Shown here: in pieces, positions 51,490-63,764 of the stretch
Layout of the letters: each line of letters starts with the position of its first letter
Numbering within the stretch: the stretch's first letter is position 1
Translations under genes and position numbers: made by a program
Source of the DNA: Raillietiella orientalis
Lineage: Eukaryota
Assembly (NCBI GenBank): GCA_036172245.1
Contig: JAYWIR010000021.1
Coordinates: 124,001-188,000 of the forward strand
Direction: 5' to 3'
Length of the DNA stretch: 64,000 nt
Notes under the pieces: generated by a model
What the model saw: only the letters and a program-made list of their open reading frames with translations
The model's database searches: none
What the model was told of the DNA's origin: nothing

Positions 51490-51655
51490 ACTCTCCAAAT
51501 AAATCCATAGCTGAATGCTACTATAACATCAAATTTTTCTAATCCATTAACATTCCCTTTACACTATACTCCATTCACATCCCATTACTCATTAAATTAA
51601 CCCATTCCCTAACAATAAAATTAACACTACATGAAAAGTGAAAAATTTTCTATAA
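51490..51655 (+). pseudogene. ATP8: NUMT: atp8-like mitochondrial fragment
   Basis: A/C-rich, G-poor segment starting ctc-caa-ata-aat-cca...tga-atg-cta-cta (cf. ATP8 MPQM.P..W..L) and ending aca-tga-aaa-(g)tga (cf. C-terminal WKW); ~150 bp, ATP8-sized; frameshifted. Confidence 0.55.
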
Positions 51656-51661
51656 ATCACC

Positions 51662-52085
51662 TCGTTTGGGTTGAGATGGGTTAGGTGGGCATTATTTCTT
51701 ATTGTTTGGTTATTGGTTTTTATATGAATCGTGGTTCTGATTATGGAGGTATGATTACTTTTTTAAGTAATCGTGCTGGAGATAGGGTTTCACTGATGGG
51801 TATTGGGTGGTTGTTGGTGGGGAGTACTTGAGTTTCTGAGAGATTATGTATTAATAGTTGATATTTTTGGGTAATAATCTTAATGAGGATGACTAAGAGT
51901 GCACAGTTATCATTTAGTGCGTGGTGACCAGAGGCTATGGCAGCACCTACGCCAGTTCCAGCTTTGGTTCATTCGTCAACATTAGTGACTGCAGGAGTGT
52001 ACTTAATGATTCAATTTAATAAAATTGGGAAGCTGAGAAATGTAGTGGTTTACAGTGGTCTTTTGACGATGGTGTACTCGGGCTT
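51662..52085 (+). pseudogene. ND5: NUMT: mitochondrial NADH dehydrogenase subunit 5 fragment
   Basis: In invertebrate mitochondrial code: LGWDGLG..ISYCLVI...GMITFLSNRAGD...[44 protein letters not shown]...GLLTM. TGA=Trp codons; G/T-rich. Confidence 0.95.
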
Positions 52086-54859
52086 TAGATTCCATTCGGC
52101 TGTTCTAGCTCGCATGCAAGCGAACCATCTCCAGCATCATAAAGGGGAGAGAGAAACGCTGCTGCTCAGCCAGCATCCCTCGTGGATTAGATCCGACTTC
52201 CACACTGAAGGAAACTCAGCTTTCTTTGCTATGATCCTTGCCTTTTTCCCACAGGGACATTGGTGCGTTCGATATGACTGTTGCTTGTTCGAGGTCATCG
52301 ACCGAGAAAGCAAGGAACTGTGGGGAACAAGCCCCCCACTGACCCAAATGGGGCAACAGTAGTTCTCCTTGCTAAGACGACTGGCGCATCCTCGAAGAGA
52401 TCCCAGCGCTGAGCGGCTGCTGCAAGCTCTCGGAGGTCGGAAAACTGGGAGGGAACAAACCGGAAGAGAACAGGAAGTCACATTTTTGTTTCGCTTCATC
52501 TTGTCATGCCCAAAGAGAGATGGATCCATCACAAGGGATCTTTTCTACAGGACACGCGGAGATTTTTTTTCATCACAGAACCCGCGCGGTTTTCTCTTCT
52601 TCCAGTACCCTAGGACGCCCAGGCAAAGCGAGAGATGACGCATCCACATGGCAAGCGATGACGGATGTCTCAAGGTGAGAAGGCCATGATGAAATGCTGC
52701 CTGCAGAAACCGTGACGCTGATCCTGAAAGAAAGGCCACGGTCCTTCGCACCAGTGACCTCATGAAACCTTGGAAGCAGACGAGGTCGAAAAGTGGGGTT
52801 TGAGAGGAGACTTCACAGCACTTTCGGACCAGAGAAGCCTTTCTCTGGTAGAAATAACACTTCAAGAATTCCCCGATCACACCCGATTACTGAGCAAGGG
52901 CTCAGCAGAAAGGATTTCCTCAAATACGGAAGGCCATACGTCACTCTTGTACAGAACCTATCGAGGATTAAGATTGTGCACTAGCTACAAGAGAAGAAAT
53001 GGCAGTTTGCCCTGAGTAGGAGGTTCACTTCCTTCCTCAAATGAAAGAATGAGCAGGCAGATATCTCAAAGGGAAGAATTTTGACTTGATTTGCGCAGGA
53101 GAAAAAATCGCATAAAACTGAGGACTCGTTTGGGGGTGAGGTGATCGGAATTTACCTTTCTCGAGCTCGAGTGGGCTCTCAGGAATCCATCCTCATCATG
53201 GTATTGAGCTCGCAAATGTTTTACGATAGCCTGCCGGAGAGCTCCAACGGACTTCTTACCCCACGGCCAACTTACCTTTAGTCCTCTGAGGTGTGTTCAG
53301 CAAAGAGCACGAAAAAGCCGGTGGAACACATAGGAGAGTTCGGGCACGGATGGCGTTTCCCGGACGCTATCGCACGAATGGAAAGCGCATCGTTGCGAAC
53401 GTAGATATCAGACCTCACACATGTATATCTATGTACACACGTGCGCGAGTCTGTACATTGGTGTTTACACAGTGGACTGAAGGTCATGATGTGCGGAAAA
53501 GTGGAAGGCGTTCCTTTGTTCCGTCTGAAAACAAACGGGCAGACCGTCACCCAAGAGGAATCGTTGCTTAGAGGACAGATAAGGAAGGCATGAATTTTTG
53601 ATTGGATTTTCAAACACACAAAGGTCAGCTGCGTCACTCTGCCCGCTGATAGAATAAGTAGCAATTTTGTATAGCCACTTCTACAGAAGATCTTTGAAAC
53701 TGGACTTTGAGACTTTTTTCTATAAGCACGAGTTGAACCTATCCTATGCGGAGGACAGCAAGAAAGGATCTCTTCTAATTGGAGGTCGGATCCGTAATTT
53801 AAAAGGTCGTGAAGCATGATAATCTTCTGGCATAGGAAACATTCAAAACGCTGGAAGGTGGTGAGCAGCCTAACCTCCTTACCAGCGGAAAAAGTTCTGT
53901 GCTACCGCTATAAGGAGCAGCGTGAATTCATTTGCAGCTTCACCACGAATAGCAGCGGCGTCCTTGGTCACCGTCGCATTAAGAGACGTCTCTATGAAAG
54001 TGCGAAGGAAGAGAGAAAGAGCCTGGGTCTCGGCAGAAAATGGAAATGGGAGATGGGGATGGGGAAATACTGAAGTCAGCAGCGTGCTACCAAAAGGGAA
54101 CAAGTGCCACTGCTCGGCCGGAATCTTAATAGAACAGAAATCCGGAAACGACCTTGCCTGTTACTCAGGCCAAGGACGCGACAAGTGATTCGTGTTGAGG
54201 ATGCGATGCAGGAAACAGAGCTCTTACTTCTCTCGCATGTGCAGCCTGGCATTCGAACATCTGAACTCTCGCGGGCCATCGCATGCAATGGGGAAAAGAT
54301 GAGAACCTGTAGTAAACAGAGCAGATAAAAAGAAAGCCAAGTGGAACGAACAGCATCAGAAAATCGAAAGCAACACAATGATGGTGAGGATTTTCTTTGC
54401 CACGAATGTGCTTGCATGCCCTTGTACTTATGAAGTAGGGAGAGAGTGTTAGTCAGGAAGCATTTTCGGGTGGCTGAACGTGTCTCGAGGACTTTTTGCA
54501 TAGTCTTTAATAGGATTAGAGATGAGTTCTTCGGAAAATGAGAGAGGATGCTGCCGTGAGCAAGGAAAAGCCAAACATTGCTTTTCGAATGCACTGATAT
54601 CCTTTGATAGATGGCTTAGACGGCCTCTGTTCATGCAAAGACGACTGCCGCCCAATTCGTTTGTAGGAAAGCCGTTTGGAGAAGCGACCGGAAATCGCGT
54701 TTCTCTTGCATTGGTTGTTGTAATGTGGCCACGAAAAGCAGCTCGACTTGCTAAAGAACATTCTGGAAGGGGGACCTATGTATCAAAAATACTGGTAAGA
54801 TTCCTAATTGCAGCTGCATTCCCTAGACTGTCGTTCTATGGTGCATCTGAAATAGAGAG

Positions 54860-56490
54860 AGTTGCCTCAAGTACCTGGGCGTCCTGTTGGGGGACTTCTG
54901 CCTCTCAGAAGCATGCTCAGGTCGTCTCCAAAAGGTAGAGCTGGCGATCGGCCCGTTCCTGGAAGGCAAGTTCCTTCTGCCGGAACGGGCCGCGGTATGG
55001 AACGCGTTCGCGGCCCCCATCCTTCGCCCCGTGCTTTTTGCTTGCCCCGTCCCCACCCAGTTGAAAAAGAGGACAAAGGACCTACTCCACATCGCCCCGT
55101 GGGGCAGCGGGAGGCCCAGAGTGCCTTTGAAGTGTTGATGCGCTCCTCGTAGGGACGGCGGTCTTGGCCTTCTGACGCTGGAGCTCTTGGAGATCCAGCT
55201 GTGATGGCGCACCCTAGCCATCGCAGCAAAGTTGTGGAGCACCCCTTGGTGCGTTCCGGTCCGCCTCCTCGCCAGCCGTGTCTCCAGGACGCAAGGACTC
55301 GCGTCCTCTCTTCTGTGCCGCGGCTGGAAGGTTAGAAGATGCGGCCTTCTCCTTGGACGCATGGAAGCCTTGGTGAAAGAGAACGGCTGGATGGAATACA
55401 GCCCCGCCAACTCCTCCTCATGGCTGGAGGAAACCGTTGGAACGTGAGCGAAGTTGAACACCAGAGAAGAAAACTGGAACCGCCTACGATTCGGCAGTAA
55501 CGCCTGCTGCACTCTGAGGGCCACTTTGCTGTGTCCCGCCAGGAGCACGTGGGCGGAGACCACCCCTTTAGCTACGTTGCTGCCCTTTCTACGGAAGGCC
55601 CTCACGAGCGGCCGCACGCCGAAGTGGCAAGTCTCTTGCCGAATCTCAGGCAGGGAGAAGAAGTTAAGCGGCTGGACCGTGGGAGAACTGGCGGACGCCA
55701 CGACCCCGAGTGCCCTCCTGCGTGAACTTGTAAGATGGGGCGAGCTGCTCAGTATCCCGACGGATGACCTGAAGTGGCCCCGGTTTTAATTGGATCCAGG
55801 ATTCTCCCCCTCAAGTGGCAAGAATCGGCGCTGCTGACGTTGCATTGGGGTCTACCCTGCAACGCGCGCCGCTTCCACTGGACCCGGGGGAGAGTAAATC
55901 ATGAGTGTGCCCGGTGTGGGGAGAGGGAATCGCTCCCCCACCTTCTTGTTGACTGTGCTGCCTCCGACCCCTGTGGGAACGGTTCGGGACGACCCTCGGG
56001 CTCCCTACGGGCAGCGCGCCCAGAGACGTTTTCCGGCTTCTCTTCGTGCGGGACGCCCTGCAACCAGTCGCAGCCGTGGCAGCACTATGCTGCATCCGAG
56101 GTATCGTGGCGGCCTGGAGTGATGCCCACGACGAAGAAGTGGACTATGACGAGAGGGACGTCATCCCGTATGCTGTTCGCTTCATGACGAGAGCTACTGG
56201 ATGGCCCCAGCTGGATACAATTCGAATGGACTTAAAGGGCTTCCTTCGAAGGATGGGCCCTCCTCCCAGTGAACAGTGATCCCTTCCCGGCCCTCCAACT
56301 TCTTTTTGTTTTCCTTACTTTTTATTTTTCTTTTTGTTTTCTCCCCCATCCTTTCCACTGCCGAGGAGAGCCACGTCGGGCTGCGTCCCGGCGTCCCGGC
56401 AGGTCCGGTGTTTTGTGGCCGTTAGTGGGGCCTGGTACCACGTATGTAGAATGTTTTTTAATAAACGCCCCGGGATCACCCGGGTGGAAA
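54860..56490 (+). mobile_element. L1/Tx1-like LINE, longest 5'-truncated copy D (RT end to 3' UTR)
   Basis: CLKYLGV (end of RT), LLPERAAVWNAFAAPILRPVLFACPVP...W, RDGGLGL, LHWGLP...ECARCGERESLPHLLVDC; T-rich UTR; end AATAAAcgcCCCGGGatcaCCCGGG. Confidence 0.85.
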
Positions 56491-56594
56491 CTGAAATAGA
56501 GAGAGCTACAAGACTGAGCCGAGGACGGTAGCTTGGCAACAGAATCTTTCAAGTTGCATTTTTTTCCCCCTTTAGAAAAATCCCTTCCCATTCG

Positions 56595-56623
56595 AAACTG
56601 TTAGGATTAAAACTGTTAGGATT
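56595..56623. repeat. Short tandem duplication (aaactgttaggatt x2)
   Basis: Two exact 14-mers separated by one A. Confidence 0.85.
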
Positions 56624-56819
56624 CAGGGCGAAATTCAATTAAATCAAAAGAACTAACGAAATCGTTGGATCCCATTCTCAAAGCACAGATGTGTTAGGAA
56701 AATTCAACCGAGGATTCTTTTTTCCAGAGTACTTGCAAGAAAAGAGCGATGTTTATCATCATCCAGCTCTTATTCTCGATCCGTATATGTCTTTTTCTGC
56801 TTCGTCGCTCTTCATTTCA

Positions 56820-57177
56820 TATCCATGAAGGTCCAGATCCACATTCTCCACTTCTAACAAAACTGCCTTCCAACCGGGAGAGATGATCCTTTGTGCAGCA
56901 CTGTGAATAAATTCAATGCATCCTTTGAAGAACTTCCTAGAATTCAGATTTGAGAAACTGCAAAGAGTGCAACCACGTTTTCCACAACGATGCGGCGAAG
57001 GACTCGTCCAAAGCGCTACAGACACAATTTCGTTGCCTAACCATCCTCTTCATTACGACTACTATGATAAGTGCTCTTGGTTGATTGAAGTTGAGCATGG
57101 TACTTCTGTGAATTTCACCTTCTCAGACTCCGACGTGGAGTCTCACAACAACAGCTGCAGCTCTGACTTCATCAAAG
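56820..57177 (+). pseudogene. CUBN: Cubilin relic: CUB C-half + best-preserved CUB N-half
   Basis: IHEGPDPHSPLLTKL (cf. VYDGP.S.S.LLTQLC), then CGEGLVQSATDTISLPNHPLHYDYYDKCSWLIEVEHGTSVNFTFSDSDVESHNNSCSSDFIK. Confidence 0.85.
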
Positions 57178-57679
57178 GCAAAAATTGCGATCCTTTTCCA
57201 TCTTGGCACCAAGTAAATCATAAAGCAAGAGGGCCAGGACTGGCCAGCGATAAATACGTCAGCGAATCCCATCGTGATCCCTCACGTGGATTCTTCACTG
57301 CAGGCATACCAGCAAAAGGAATGGACCGTGGCACACCTTGCTGTTACGAGCCAATCTGCAGTTTTCTCTGAGGGCTGGATCCAATAACCGGGTGGTCAGC
57401 TCGCTTCCTGAAGGCCAGCCGCGATTGCTCTTTCGTCTTCCCGCGTGAGCATATTTTGAAATGCCCTGTTGGAGGGTGAGAATCGCCAAAACCATACTCT
57501 GAAAAGCGGATGCATGAAAACTGCGACTGCTGGGAAGATTCAGACTCGAGAACTTTCCTGCGTGGCGCACGAAACAACCACCTTCGGGAGGCTCAGACGG
57601 TTTAGTTTGTCCTGGCCACGTTTAAGACGAAGCAGCAGAACACATCAACACGACGCAGCACAAGGCAACGAAGATTTGT

Positions 57680-58521
57680 ACCCGGTCACACCGGGACGCT
57701 TATTTTTTATAAAATAAACCTGGAATCAGAAATACGGTAAGAAAAAAGGTTTATCGGGGATGACCACCGGCACGCAGGGCGGCTTCTAAGTATAGGGAAC
57801 AGAGGGAAGGGGAAAAAATAAATAAAAAAATTATGGAAGGTAGGGACAGGGGTTTTTGGTTTTAGCTGCTCTTCTCTTTCCACAGCTTGCACTGAATGTG
57901 CCAGCTGGCGGTTCCCCTGGCGACTTCTTCTTCTGCAACTCCTTCTTGCCCTGATGAGGAAGGCCGTCCTCATCGGTGGCCTCCGTTCGCTGCGATCCAG
58001 ACGCCAACACATGGCCGCACTGCCACTGTGACTCGAAGCACAACAGATGGCTGCGATCACGGCGTCTGACGTCAGCACGCCTCTCGCGAAGAAGCGAGCG
58101 CCGCAGCAAGTCCGAACCGGGGGGTCATCCGGGTCACGGAGCGCCGAAGCCTCCACATGTCCTCCAGGGCTGTGCAGTCCAACAGGAGGTGCGGGAACGA
58201 TTCCGTCGCCCCGCGCCTGAAACAGTTCGGGGAGGCGACTCCCCCGGAAGGCAGGTGCCTGCTCCGGTTGCCACTGGCGATTCCCAGTGCAGAAACGGCA
58301 GGACATCCCGCGGTTTCCATCGCAGTGGGAAAGCGGAGGTGTCCGCACGCAGGGAAGGGACCGCGAGTTCTTCGGAGAGCACAGCGAGCGGATCACTCCA
58401 CCGGAGGTGTCGCCCCTTCGCCCGGAGGGGCGACGGGTGGCCGCGTTCACCAACTCGCTCGTCGTGCAGGCGTCCAGGAGCACCTCGACCCCTGTAATGT
58501 TGCCGGAACAACTCTCACCCC
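57680..58521 (-). mobile_element. L1/Tx1-like LINE 3' fragment, copy B
   Basis: Same ORF translations as copy A at offset 20281; end AATAAGcgtCCCGGTgtgACCGGG. Confidence 0.75.
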
Positions 58522-58954
58522 GCCAGTCGGCTGCTGCCTTTGTTTGTCCTGAGGGCAGACAGTGCTGCTGCAAGGGGGTTGTCGGCTATCCGACACCCTT
58601 GCGTCCAGTTCTGCAGAATATCTCTCAACGGTTCGCATAGAAGTTTTTGCGGTGGACGCAGTTTCTCTGGGTGGATTTCCAGAGTGACCACCCAGAACTC
58701 CAGTAACTTCTGCCTCCAGACGTTTCAACTTTTGGAACGGTAGGAAAGACAACAGGGAGGGAAGACGAAGGCCTTCCGGTGGAGTCGGTGAGGATGGGTG
58801 GTTCCGTGGGACCCAGGACGTTACTCTGGGACGGAAAAAATTGCATTCCTTTTTGCCGATGCAGGGGAAGCTCGTTAAGAGGCAGTCTGTGCGAAAGGAT
58901 CCAGGCAAAAGAGCAGCTGTCTGTTCTTTGTGGTGATAGCGGCTTTCAGAGAGG

Positions 58955-59080
58955 AGAAGCATGCGCAGGTTCATCCCCTCACTCCGCTGCTGCGCTGCAG
59001 CTTGGCGACCGCTTCCGCAGGTCTTTCACGATTCATTTCTTGCCGATGCAAAGCCCAATGTCCGCGCAGGAGGAATGCTT
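58955..59080 (+). pseudogene. CUBN: Cubilin relic: CUB C-terminal half
   Basis: ACAGSSPHSAAALQLGDR...FTIHFL (cf. IYGGPD.HSPRIAQLC...I.F..D). Confidence 0.45.
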
Positions 59081-59579
59081 TCGGTGTTCAGAGGTGCCTT
59101 GTCTTCGTCAACGTCACCCAAAGCACAGCTTGGGAAACGCTTTCGCAGTTGAGTGGGTGAAAGAAAGGACGTCGTAGTGAAGTCAAGAAAGCAAGTGAAC
59201 CCGAAGGCTTTGATTTTGTTGGAACCATTGCATCTGTCCCGCTGACGGATGCTGTTTGGATGTTGCCTTCAAGATAGGCCTCCCCGATCGTTCGTGGGGC
59301 ATACGGCATTCGTGTCTACGGTAACGGTTCGTGGTTTCTGAAGCTGCCATCCCTCCTCGCTGCAACGAGAGAATTCCTCAGTCACTCCCCAATCCCCACG
59401 CTTTGGCGACGAAGGGGAACTCTCAGACCGCTCACCGCTCTCCTCCGAATCGCAATCCGTCACTGCGCTCCTACGCGCTTCGGAGGTTTCGACTGCTTTC
59501 TTCCGCAGAATCATCTTCAGAGATATCGGTCGTTGTCTTGCAAGTTTTTGATGGAGATGGTGAAGATGACCCTCCGTCT

Positions 59580-59975
59580 CCGCAGGAGCACATTCTTTGC
59601 TCGCTTCAAATCAGGCGCCAGCATGACATCGAAAGGCTTCCTGGCGGATTTCATTACGACGCCATCGTTTGGTTGCCTGGAGGGAGGTCCGATTCCTTGC
59701 ATTTGCGACCGCAAAGGCATGCGGCTCCACCTTCGGGTCCAGAAGTCTCCGGAGAGAGAAACTCCGGGCACAAACGAGAGACGTCTGTGTGCGAATCACA
59801 ACATCTGATGCTCTATCCATTGCACGGCGAGCTTTGTTTCGAGTTGACCCCAGTCTGGCACGCCGGCAGTCGCTCTCATGGGCGCGCATTGGAGCGGAGG
59901 CGGGAGCGCCCATTTATTGCGCAGATTCGTGGCTGTCCAGTGCTTTGGCGAGGTGCATTTCCAGCAGGTGACGCG
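59580..59975 (-). mobile_element. Possible LTR-retrotransposon gag-protease relic
   Basis: VTCWKCTSPKHW (CX2CX4H knuckle), frameshifted ML.DSHTDVS (cf. LxDSGAxxS), and FDVMLAPD (cf. DVILG.D), in the expected order. Confidence 0.35.
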
Positions 59976-62049
59976 GCGGGCAGCCCGGATTCCTTGATCC
60001 TGGGAAAGTGCTGCGGTACCTTTAGTTTCGTCCGGTTGCTTCCTCACCATTGTCTCCAGGAACGCTCGGTTCGGAGACGTCTTCCGGGCCCTGTACAACC
60101 CATTTCATCTCAAGCAAGTTACTCCACACATTCTTCTTGTTGTCGCTTCTGGTGCAGCCTGCGGAACCAACTTGACTTCCACCAGCGAAGGGCGCGCTTC
60201 TCACCTCTCGGGTTTCCTGCGACCCGCCTGCTCCAGCAATGAGGGCCCCCCCGGTGCCTCCGGACTGCAAGCTACATCTCCGCACCAGAAAAACATGTGA
60301 GGTAGCCGATCTAAGGGAACTCGCTTGCAGCTAAGCCCTTCTGCGCAGGGCATGGACCACTCGGAGCCCTGCAACCTGGTGCGGCGACCACGTACCTGGA
60401 ATGGTTCCGGAAGCGACGACGCGGGAAACTCTTAAGGGTTCAAGATCGCTTCCATTCTGCGTGACTGTTCTGGAGAAGCAGGCGGAGGTGTGGCTTTCGC
60501 CTCCGCACAGAGGGAAGCAGCCTGCCCGGGTTTCGCGCTGCAGGGTCTCTCGAAATGGAGGAGATTCTTTTCCAGAGGAACTCCAGGGACGTGGCGATCA
60601 CCTCTTGCCTGCCTGTTCCTTCTTCCAGTCCTCTTCCAAACAAGACGATTTGGAATTCAGGTGTGCCGATTCATTCATACGCCCAGGTCATCGTGACCTC
60701 TTGGCGGTTCCACTTGGATTTTGACTTCCTGCCTTCAGAACTCTCCCGGCACCATGGAGCGGGTGCTGAACGCCTCGCCTTGACGCGCAGCTGTCTGGGC
60801 AGTCTGACCCACAGGAGTGAGCCGCGTAGGATGACCTAGGATGATGCTGTAACTTCTGATTGGTTTCTCATCCCAAATCCTGGCATCGTGTGGATGAGAC
60901 TTAAATCTTCGAACCTCCGGAATTCCCCGTCCTGATGATATTTGAGTGGTCAGGGACAGTGTCCTGAGAACATCTTAGTGCCTGCTCCCAAAAATACAGA
61001 TGCAGTAGCGGTCGCAGTTGTTCTTGCAAAGACCCACCTAGCGCTTCCAAGCTTGTTCCTGCTCCTTTGGAACGTTTCTTCTCTCTGGGTTTCCCTCTAA
61101 TCCCTGCTATCTTAGCCTCACGTCATAGTCCTGCGTTCCTAAGATAAAAATGGCCATCTTTACTCCCCATCTCATTGGCCAGCGGCCTCTGTGCACTTTG
61201 ATCGTACAACGTAGCTGCGCATCTCTCTGCTCTTCAGCCGCATGGAACTAAAGGATGAACTCGGATCCATTGCCAGTTGCATCTGACGCACCCGGAGGAC
61301 AAGCGTGGGTGTGATGAGAACGGTTCTGGCGCCGGGCGACGTAAGCATGGGTGTAGCATGTAAACGGCCGACAGCTTCTTTTTCGAATCGATTCCATCCC
61401 TGGCTGACTCGATCCGAGCCGATTCACATGAGCCAATTCTGGAAGGCATTCCCGAGGGAAAAAGTTCGACAAAGAAATTCACTGCAGCCGATGCAGCGCG
61501 CAAACGCGCTTCCTTTTATTTATTTATTTTTTCCCGACATTTTGTTTGCCAGTGAGTAGAGGACTGTGGTCTAGCGAAAAACGGTCTCAGTGGACGTCTT
61601 CTTTCAATTGGCTGAGCATTTTTTAAATACAAATGAAATGTGGCTCTCTTGTTCAGACTCGCGTTGCTAAGAGCAAACCAAACACCTTTTCACGTGGGTG
61701 TTTCGTTTCTGTGAACGATGCCATGCCTGTTTCAGGGTTCCACCTGACTGCTTGAAAAGTGGCGTCCACAGGGATTTCAAAAGCTGCCTTGATGGCTACA
61801 TCTCCAGGGCATCTTCACAATCCGTAGTTGGACCCGTGGAAGCGGGAAGTGCATCACAGCACGCGGCCGATAGCTATCGGTCAATAGGAACACTAGCTGA
61901 AGAGTAGAGAAAGAGTTTCTGCTAGGATTTATGGCACCCAAAAGAATAGCCATTCTCTAATGAGTAATGATAATCTCTTCGGATCTATTGGTATCCTTCG
62001 TATTTTAAGGGGATATCCTCTCCTCTTGAAATACGAAGTTTTTGTTCTT

Positions 62050-62760
62050 GTAGGCACTTGTGAAGTGGCGCTCGTGGAATACATTGGACATTTTGTATTC
62101 CAAGGAAGTTACCTGCTGACCCATTATGCTGAACTTATTATTATGTTGTGGCCAGGTGGAACAGTGGATGTTGAACCGCGATTGCTGTGTTTCCAAAACC
62201 GTCGGCCAGCGTTCACCGTTGATGAAACCGCGAAACCTTCGGAGTGCCTTCAACACGTTTTGCACTGTTAAATTTGCACGCCCCACATGCTAATTGGAGG
62301 TACTTTCGGCTGTAATCTTACCTCTTGGAATCTTTTGGGGGCTTTCAAATTATGCTGCTGTTAATCGGCACTTTTTCTGTTTTGGAGTTTTGCCTTTTCC
62401 ATGTCTTTGACAGCTGTCTTCTACAGGTGAAGGGTGCAGCGACTTTGATTACTTTATCATTGTGTCTGCTGCCCATGTGGAACTCCAAGGCTTTTTTGCT
62501 TTCATCTGAAAACGGATGAAAATTCCGGATCTCTGATTTGCCCATTGATATGCAAACAAAATGATTGAATAGCATGCAGCTGCAGCATCGGAAGAAACTG
62601 AATTTACGAAATCACGCTCGAGGAAACACTGGCTGTTTTGTTCGTATGTGATTTGTTCACCTCTGTTTCTTTGGCACACCTTTCGCTTGCAAGCATCATC
62701 AATCATTCCAGGTGCAATCTGCTCTTGGAGAGAACTGTCTCTTCTGGCGGCTTTGTGCAG
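62050..62760 (-). mobile_element. Retroviral-type (Ginger/Gypsy-like) integrase relic
   Basis: ACKRKVCQ...DFVN...YSIILFAY...FHPF..KKALE, then VGRANLTVQNVL...NGERWPTVL...N...ST (cf. VERAN..V...L.....W...L.....N). Confidence 0.5.
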
Positions 62761-63764
62761 AATCAATTCACTTGGGATTCCTCTTTTCCTCTCTCCCCTC
62801 GTGCTGGGACACTGAAAGCCTCGAGCGCCACATTTCGTTCGTTATCTGATGCATGATGAAAGTTCACTGCAGAATAACTGATTGATTACTTATCAACTTA
62901 CGGAAACGAATGCTGTCGACCATTCCTACCAGATTTCATGGTGCAGAAGCCATGGACCGGTTTCTCTGGTTTGCTTGTTTTCCCAAGTGCCTCATTCGAG
63001 ACGGAAAGTCCTGGATGCTTTTTGCAGCCAGGAATCTTGGTTGAGGAATTTCTTTCTGTAACTCCTCGTCAGCCAGCAGGCAGTGATTGGAGGCAGCCTT
63101 CACAGGATGCGGTGAACCCTCCATCCTGAGGAAAATTGTTTCCTTTCTGCAGCATGGAACAAGCGCTTTCCAGAGTCGCCGAAAGAACGTCCGCTTGGTT
63201 CAAACATGGGTTACGCTTTCGTGTCTCAGTGGGGAGTGTTTTCGAACGAGAAACATAAATTGCACTTTCGATGCAAAGCACCATTTGGTATCAAGCAATT
63301 CATGTTCTGAAAGAAGGATCTTCTGAAAAGAAACAGCTCTTTCCTGGGAAAAGCAGTGGATTCTTTTACATTCGTCTTGCTTTAGAGCTTCTTCGAGGCC
63401 CTCGGATGCTCTTTGGTATTTTTCTTACACTTGAAAACAAATTAATCGTCGGTGCGAGTGCAATACGGATGACATTATAGCTTTGAAATCGTCTGTGGCA
63501 TCCTTATCTGTGAGTGGAATCGATTGCTGCATTCCCATGTGCTGTCCATTCCCAGTTGTGCTTAATTTCTGTGCGTGCGTGTCGTGCATTACATATGACA
63601 GATAGGAACGTCCCGGAACGATTGCCGCTCCCCCCTCGACTGATCTTGAGGGAAATCCGCTGCTCGGAAGTAAAAACTGCGTCCATGGACCAGCAGTTGG
63701 AGGAGGAAGTCAAACACGGGAAAGACAAGGACAGGCTTTCCTGCTGTAGCATCGGCTGGCTGTT

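Noticed and set aside
51937..52362. 141-aa ORF as a functional ND5/NuoL gene
   Set aside because: Only the first ~49 aa are ND5-like; the rest is read-through into nuclear flank, and the upstream part needs TGA=Trp, so this is a NUMT.
54823..55701. 292-aa minus ORF
   Set aside because: Antisense shadow of the + strand Tx1-like ORF2 relic.
59331..60242. 303-aa plus ORF
   Set aside because: No domain; the only recognisable motifs (knuckle, protease-like) are on the opposite strand.
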